DNA of 64,000 nucleotides from a virus (Duplodnaviria; Heunggongvirae; Uroviricota; Caudoviricetes): IMG/VR virus record IMGVR_UViG_2740892441_000001; one strand, 5' to 3'. Shown piece by piece: positions 59,435 to 64,000 of this stretch (position 1 is its first letter; each line of letters starts with the position of its first letter). The notes under the pieces were generated by a model. It saw only the letters and a program-made list of their open reading frames with translations, ran no database searches and was not told where the DNA came from. The position numbers and the translations under genes were made by a program.

Positions 59435-59874
59435 TGGATGACTCCTTTACGAAGCAGTTCAGCAATACTTACGCATATCTCTGCGCCTCTAATCAGCCCC
59501 GGAACGTTCTTGTTTGGCCCAACTTCACCATCAACAAAATCAATCATCGCGTTACGAGCCATATCCACGCCCTGCGCACGTACTTCAGCCAGAAAAGCAT
59601 CGGTAGCTGGAGTTTCGCTGTGGTGCAGGGCATCGTTGATAATCATTGCAGCAACTCCGGCCTGCCCTGCATCCGTGACCGACACATGCTCAAGAGTTAC
59701 GGCCATTGCGTGTTTCAGCCCAGCGTTCTCTGCCACCAGCGCAGCGAGATTAGTCTCAAGCTCTGAAATTCGGCACGTGGCATCAATATTTGTGTCCTCC
59801 AGCCGCTTAATTTCATCCAGTAGTGCCAGCACATCCTGCGGATGCTCTTCGACCTCTTCAAATTCTTCTTCCAT
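59431..59874 (-). CDS. Ea22-like coiled-coil protein
   Basis: 147-aa ORF; N-terminal region paralogous to the preceding gene. Confidence 0.4.
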   Translation of the reverse strand: MEEEFEEVEEHPQDVLALLDEIKRLEDTNIDATCRISELETNLAALVAENAGLKHAMAVTLEHVSVTDAGQAGVAAMIINDALHHSETPATDAFLAEVRAQGVDMARNAMIDFVDGEVGPNKNVPGLIRGAEICVSIAELLRKGVIQ

Positions 59875-59908
59875 ATATCACCTCAAATAAGTGGTTTGCT
59901 GCCTGAGC

Positions 59909-60238
59909 TTATTTTGCTTTGAGCAACTTCATCGCTTCGTCAATGCGTGATTGTGTCCCTGCGTTTGGCTCCACTACCTGAAGGCGGCGGGCATCTTCAA
60001 GAAGTTTCGCAATCATTTCTTTAAGTACTTCGTTATCGTTATTCATGAGCGTGCTCCTGTCAGTTAGCTTTGAGTAACGCGCCGCGATTTGCATCTCCAC
60101 GGTTCCGTCATGCAATGCAACAATCTCTCGGACAGCAACCGGGTGGTTGATGTAGTCTTCGCCGGTATATTTTCTTTTCTGACCAACGCCACCATGAGCG
60201 CCAGCGGCGAACATATGAGCTTCGGAAATACTAGACAT
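59909..60238 (-). CDS. hypothetical protein
   Basis: 109-aa ORF preceded by conserved motif and hairpin. Confidence 0.4.
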   Translation of the reverse strand: MSSISEAHMFAAGAHGGVGQKRKYTGEDYINHPVAVREIVALHDGTVEMQIAARYSKLTDRSTLMNNDNEVLKEMIAKLLEDARRLQVVEPNAGTQSRIDEAMKLLKAK

Positions 60239-60357
60239 TCTTAACTCCGTTGTTTTCTAGTTGTGGTTATTTTCACAAATAAGAAAAGGCAGAAAACAAT
60301 TTATTCAAGGCCACAACTTATGGCCTTTATTTATTCATGCCGAAGGATTTGTAGCGT

Positions 60358-60738
60358 CTAATTGCCGGATAAAATGGGGTGAGGTGCTTGCCAGTAGGCC
60401 CCACCGTTCCATGTGAACCCCATGCGAATAAGAGTGTTTATTGCGGCTTTGGTAGACTCCGATTCGACACTGGCTTTTCGAAACTCTTGAACCTCTTTCG
60501 CCAACTTGTATGTAATTGTGCAGGGGACGATTGCAGCCCAGCCTTTCTCATGACTGTTAATGACCATCTGGATGTGACCATCCAGAATAGGTTGATCAGG
60601 CATGTTATTGAAAACGTCTGCCTGTTTTTGAATGTGAAGAAAAAGCCTTGCCAGCTCCATTTGCTCACTACGAGACAAGGGATTATCAAGAGGGCTTTTT
60701 GCAAAAGCGGCTATACGCTGTGCGTCAATGCCAAACAT
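60358..60738 (-). CDS. hypothetical protein
   Basis: 126-aa ORF. Confidence 0.4.
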   Translation of the reverse strand: MFGIDAQRIAAFAKSPLDNPLSRSEQMELARLFLHIQKQADVFNNMPDQPILDGHIQMVINSHEKGWAAIVPCTITYKLAKEVQEFRKASVESESTKAAINTLIRMGFTWNGGAYWQAPHPILSGN

Positions 60739-61442
60739 CAGCGCACCTCACCATCTTTATGGCTGGAGTTAACTTCCGCCATTAAATGTCTGACGTAATC
60801 GACAAGAGAGCCACCTGGTGGAATCTGGCATTCCTCAACTAACTGGAAGTAGATATCAGCAGCATTACGTGTATTGCTACCCGCGCATATTCTTTCTTCC
60901 CGAAGTGCATGAAGCTCGTTGATCAAACGGTCACACTCTCCGTTACGCTGATCCACAACAGCCTCAAGTTCTGCGACGCGTTCACCTGGCGTCTTACCTT
61001 CTTTGCGTTGGATGGTAACGACGAAATCGCCCATTTCAGGGACGTTGTAATCCAGCTCAAGGTAGTTTTTGGCACCGCTGCGGACGAACTCACCCGCGAA
61101 CATGGTGGCGAACATCGCAGAGGCCATTGTGCCGTTGAAAAGTGACTCCAGATCTAACGGAGTCCCGGCAGCCAGAGCCTCTTTTGCTGTATCCATTGCA
61201 TCCATGAACCGATCAAACTCATTGGCGCGCTTTTCCAGGTCTTTCCATTGCTCGCTCCAACGTTTGGCAACGAAGTCTATGAATGTTTTCGCGGATTCAT
61301 CAAAATCCCCCTCAAACTTAACGATGCCTTTATCAATAATGATCTGGCCTACCGCATCCTCTGCATAACCTTTCAATGTAAACTTGAAAGGAAAATCGGA
61401 ATGGCCTGTGACGTTAAAATGCTCTAACTGGAGGTTGCTCAT
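60738..61442 (-). CDS. hypothetical protein
   Basis: 234-aa ORF with C-terminal coiled coil. Confidence 0.4.
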   Translation of the reverse strand: MSNLQLEHFNVTGHSDFPFKFTLKGYAEDAVGQIIIDKGIVKFEGDFDESAKTFIDFVAKRWSEQWKDLEKRANEFDRFMDAMDTAKEALAAGTPLDLESLFNGTMASAMFATMFAGEFVRSGAKNYLELDYNVPEMGDFVVTIQRKEGKTPGERVAELEAVVDQRNGECDRLINELHALREERICAGSNTRNAADIYFQLVEECQIPPGGSLVDYVRHLMAEVNSSHKDGEVR

Positions 61443-61503
61443 GTGTTTTTCTCTTATCGTTTAGTTACTACATTCTTACACAAATTAAGTAAGTATTTAC
61501 CTA

Positions 61504-63189
61504 TTATTTAACGCGTTTGAAAACGTATACGCTGACTGTGATCCCGGTATCTTCAAACTCGTTGGTAAACGACTTCCCTTTGGCATAAACGTAATTATCC
61601 ATCGTCATCCAGCTCAGGATTGGCGCAGTGCCCGGCAATACTGCTACAAGACGCCCGCCGACTTTCAGATGCCCCAGCGCAGCCAGCGTGTGCTCTCTAT
61701 GACGACCAAGCGAGTACGGCGGGTTCATAACGATTTTGTCGAACTGATAACCTGCGTTGTCCTCAGACCACTTTATGAAGTCACAGCAAATCGTGTTCGT
61801 ATACCCTTTTCCACGCAGGATATCAGCGAAGAGAGGTGCGATTTCTATGCAGGTAACATCTTCCAGATCGGCGTTAATATAGGCCAGAAGATCCCCACGT
61901 CCGGCTTGAGGCTCCAGCAGCTTCTCACCAGGCTTCAATTCAGTGGCTCTGGCAACGTACTCAGCAATCAAGCGTGGGGTAGGGTAGAACTGGTGTGATT
62001 TTGTATCCGGTATTAAACCGGTAGCCACAATCGTATTTAGCGTATGGCCGATGTCATACGGGAACTGCCAGTGCTTTTTCTCCTGCACGCCGCCAATGAA
62101 GCTCAGTGTGCGCTCAAGCTCTTCCACCTGCGACTTCTGGAGAGCTGAATCAGAGAAGTACCATACGCCTTTGTCTTTGCTCAATCGCCCGTCACGAAGC
62201 GCAGTGCGAACCGGCACGGAGATCGTCTTCTGGATTAAACCGAACTGCTTTGGTGCCCGTGTTTTTGGCGCAGTTCGGCATGGCGAGGGGATTGCAGCAG
62301 GCATACTGTAAGCCAGCACCTCATTCAACTTCCAGGCCACGTCAGGATGTATTTCAAAGTGAACGTTGCCGTTCTTGAACATCTTCACGCGCATCAGATT
62401 TCCATCGACGTTCATCCAGTCACCGGTCTGGCAGTCGTTTGCCCTATACGCAGCTGATAGCACCTCAGCAGTGCGGTTGATGGTAATAAATTCTTTGTGC
62501 GCGAAGAAATGAAGCAAGACACGCAGATCGTCGATGTAGTCCTCTTTGCGATAGTTCACGCTAACGCTGTCCCGCCAGAAATCAGAAATGCAGTCAGCGA
62601 TTATCAGACGCTCGCTGAAACCGTTTGTCTTATTTGTCTTGTGCGCAGGACTCAGCGCCTTAAACAAGCCATACACGCGCTCAGAGAGATATTTGTGCCT
62701 GTCATTCAGCAAATTAAGCATCGTGGGTATGACCGTTTCTGCTTTGAACTCCGGTACACCAACGAACTCTTTAACCTTCATCTGGTAGCCGGTTCTGTCG
62801 GTTTTGATGACTTCCTGTTTGCCCTCTATAAACTGCTCGCGCCACTCATCTCGACGGGAAGCTGGCATGATCAGCAAAACGTTAGTCATGTCCGTGACCT
62901 TCCTCCAGTACTCGGCCCAAATATTCTGTTTCACCCATTCCAGATCGACTTTATCCAGCCAAGCTCGATTCAAACGTGAGCGTTCTTCATCTGGTCGGTG
63001 GTTCAGTTGCAGCAGGCGATTAATCATGTTGTGGCGTTCGTCGCCATAAACGAAGTCGTGAACCTGGTACATGAAAGCGATCTCTTTCTCGCACTCGGCC
63101 ACAATTTCGTGGATGACGTTCATTTCCTGCCGATAGTCGATAGCAGTGTTTGAGTTGGCATCGTCGATGATGGAAAGGGCTGTATTCAT
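61504..63189 (-). CDS. N6-adenine DNA methyltransferase with large N-terminal domain
   Basis: 561-aa ORF; C-terminal LEPQAGRGDLL (AdoMet motif I) and VMNPPY (motif IV). Confidence 0.6.
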   Translation of the reverse strand: MNTALSIIDDANSNTAIDYRQEMNVIHEIVAECEKEIAFMYQVHDFVYGDERHNMINRLLQLNHRPDEERSRLNRAWLDKVDLEWVKQNIWAEYWRKVTDMTNVLLIMPASRRDEWREQFIEGKQEVIKTDRTGYQMKVKEFVGVPEFKAETVIPTMLNLLNDRHKYLSERVYGLFKALSPAHKTNKTNGFSERLIIADCISDFWRDSVSVNYRKEDYIDDLRVLLHFFAHKEFITINRTAEVLSAAYRANDCQTGDWMNVDGNLMRVKMFKNGNVHFEIHPDVAWKLNEVLAYSMPAAIPSPCRTAPKTRAPKQFGLIQKTISVPVRTALRDGRLSKDKGVWYFSDSALQKSQVEELERTLSFIGGVQEKKHWQFPYDIGHTLNTIVATGLIPDTKSHQFYPTPRLIAEYVARATELKPGEKLLEPQAGRGDLLAYINADLEDVTCIEIAPLFADILRGKGYTNTICCDFIKWSEDNAGYQFDKIVMNPPYSLGRHREHTLAALGHLKVGGRLVAVLPGTAPILSWMTMDNYVYAKGKSFTNEFEDTGITVSVYVFKRVK

Positions 63190-63292
63190 AATTGCACCAT
63201 TAAGAAGTGATTTGTTTAATGGTGCAATTATTTCAAAAATGAAAAGGTACTAAATAGAAATAAACAGGCAATCCTTCAAATAAAGGCATTGG

Positions 63293-63964
63293 CTAATCAT
63301 ACTTGGAGGTATTTATCACCAGAATTTTGTTTGTATAAATCTTCTTAATATCCCATGTGACATTACCGGAATACCATTGACCGTTATATACTTGGTTTCC
63401 AGTTGCACCTGTCATTGTTACATAGACAGGTCTGTCGTAATCGGTTCGTCTATAGTTATATACCCCAACCATAGCAGGCATTACCGCACATGGATACCCC
63501 ATATCTATTGTAAATTGAGGGTCAGAAATAGTGATAAGTTTCGCATCAAGGGGCATCATCTCACCGTGATACACCATTGCGCCTGCGCTGTTATACATGG
63601 CAATGCCATAGCCAGAATGTGGTAACACCATATCAGAAAAAGCATAAACTGTTATTGTTCCGGGGCTACCATTTACCTGATGCAATCTGAGAGCATTGTA
63701 TCCGTTACTATGCTCATGAATAAACATCATGTTCGCCTTATTACTGCTTTTTATGAAAAAAAAACATGATTTGTTTGATGGGATTGATGTTTGAAAAACA
63801 GAACCTTTAGATGTAGACATTGTCCCTTTATTAATCAGATTTTGCGGAGTAAATTCTGGACTCATCCACAAACTTCCATCTGATTGAGTAATTGACATCC
63901 CGAACATAATTATCCCCAGTATGTGTATATGTAAGAACCAAGCCCTGTATATAAATTTGACCAA
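63293..63964 (-). CDS. hypothetical exported/membrane protein
   Basis: 223-aa ORF with hydrophobic N-terminus. Confidence 0.35.
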   Translation of the reverse strand: MVKFIYRAWFLHIHILGIIMFGMSITQSDGSLWMSPEFTPQNLINKGTMSTSKGSVFQTSIPSNKSCFFFIKSSNKANMMFIHEHSNGYNALRLHQVNGSPGTITVYAFSDMVLPHSGYGIAMYNSAGAMVYHGEMMPLDAKLITISDPQFTIDMGYPCAVMPAMVGVYNYRRTDYDRPVYVTMTGATGNQVYNGQWYSGNVTWDIKKIYTNKILVINTSKYD

Positions 63965-64000
63965 CTAACCGTATTTCCATTAATTGTCACTGTTGGAATA

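Noticed and set aside
46824-60327. Repeated hairpins considered as a CRISPR array
   Set aside because: Copies are kilobases apart, separated by genes, not regularly spaced, and lack a short-spacer architecture.
1-64000. tRNA or other structured RNA genes
   Set aside because: No cloverleaf-compatible segments with conserved T-loop or anticodon stem features were found by eye; a dedicated tRNA and ncRNA scan would be needed to exclude them.

Overview
The window is almost entirely phage-derived DNA from a large temperate element in an Escherichia-type host, with nearly all genes on the minus strand. From left to right: a replication and maintenance block (ATP-dependent DNA ligase, zinc-ribbon/TOPRIM primase, DnaB-like helicase, ParA plus small partner, a TacA/TacT-like GNAT toxin-antitoxin pair); a lysis cassette; a tail-fibre cluster; a lambda-like tail module (J, I, K, L, M, tape measure, G/GT chaperone, major tail protein); head genes (capsid, scaffold, portal, terminase large and small); a ParB-ParB-ABC ATPase-GNAT operon; a plus-strand AT-rich accessory island beginning with an SF2 helicase; and an array of small early-type genes flanked by iteron-like repeats. 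The host housekeeping pair metG-apbC(mrp) sits at 52272-55563, followed by more phage-like genes (LexA-controlled UmuD'-like gene, ClpX zinc-finger-like protein, Ea22-like proteins, adenine methyltransferase). The same promoter and terminator motif families occur on both sides of metG-apbC. Several obviously single genes (J, portal, probably tape measure and the antitoxin) are split by single-base frame disruptions, which looks more like assembly indel error than biology. No integrase, tRNA or CRISPR array was recognised. All calls are from reading the sequence and ORF translations; no database search was run, and base-level coordinates of short motifs may be off by 1-2 nt.
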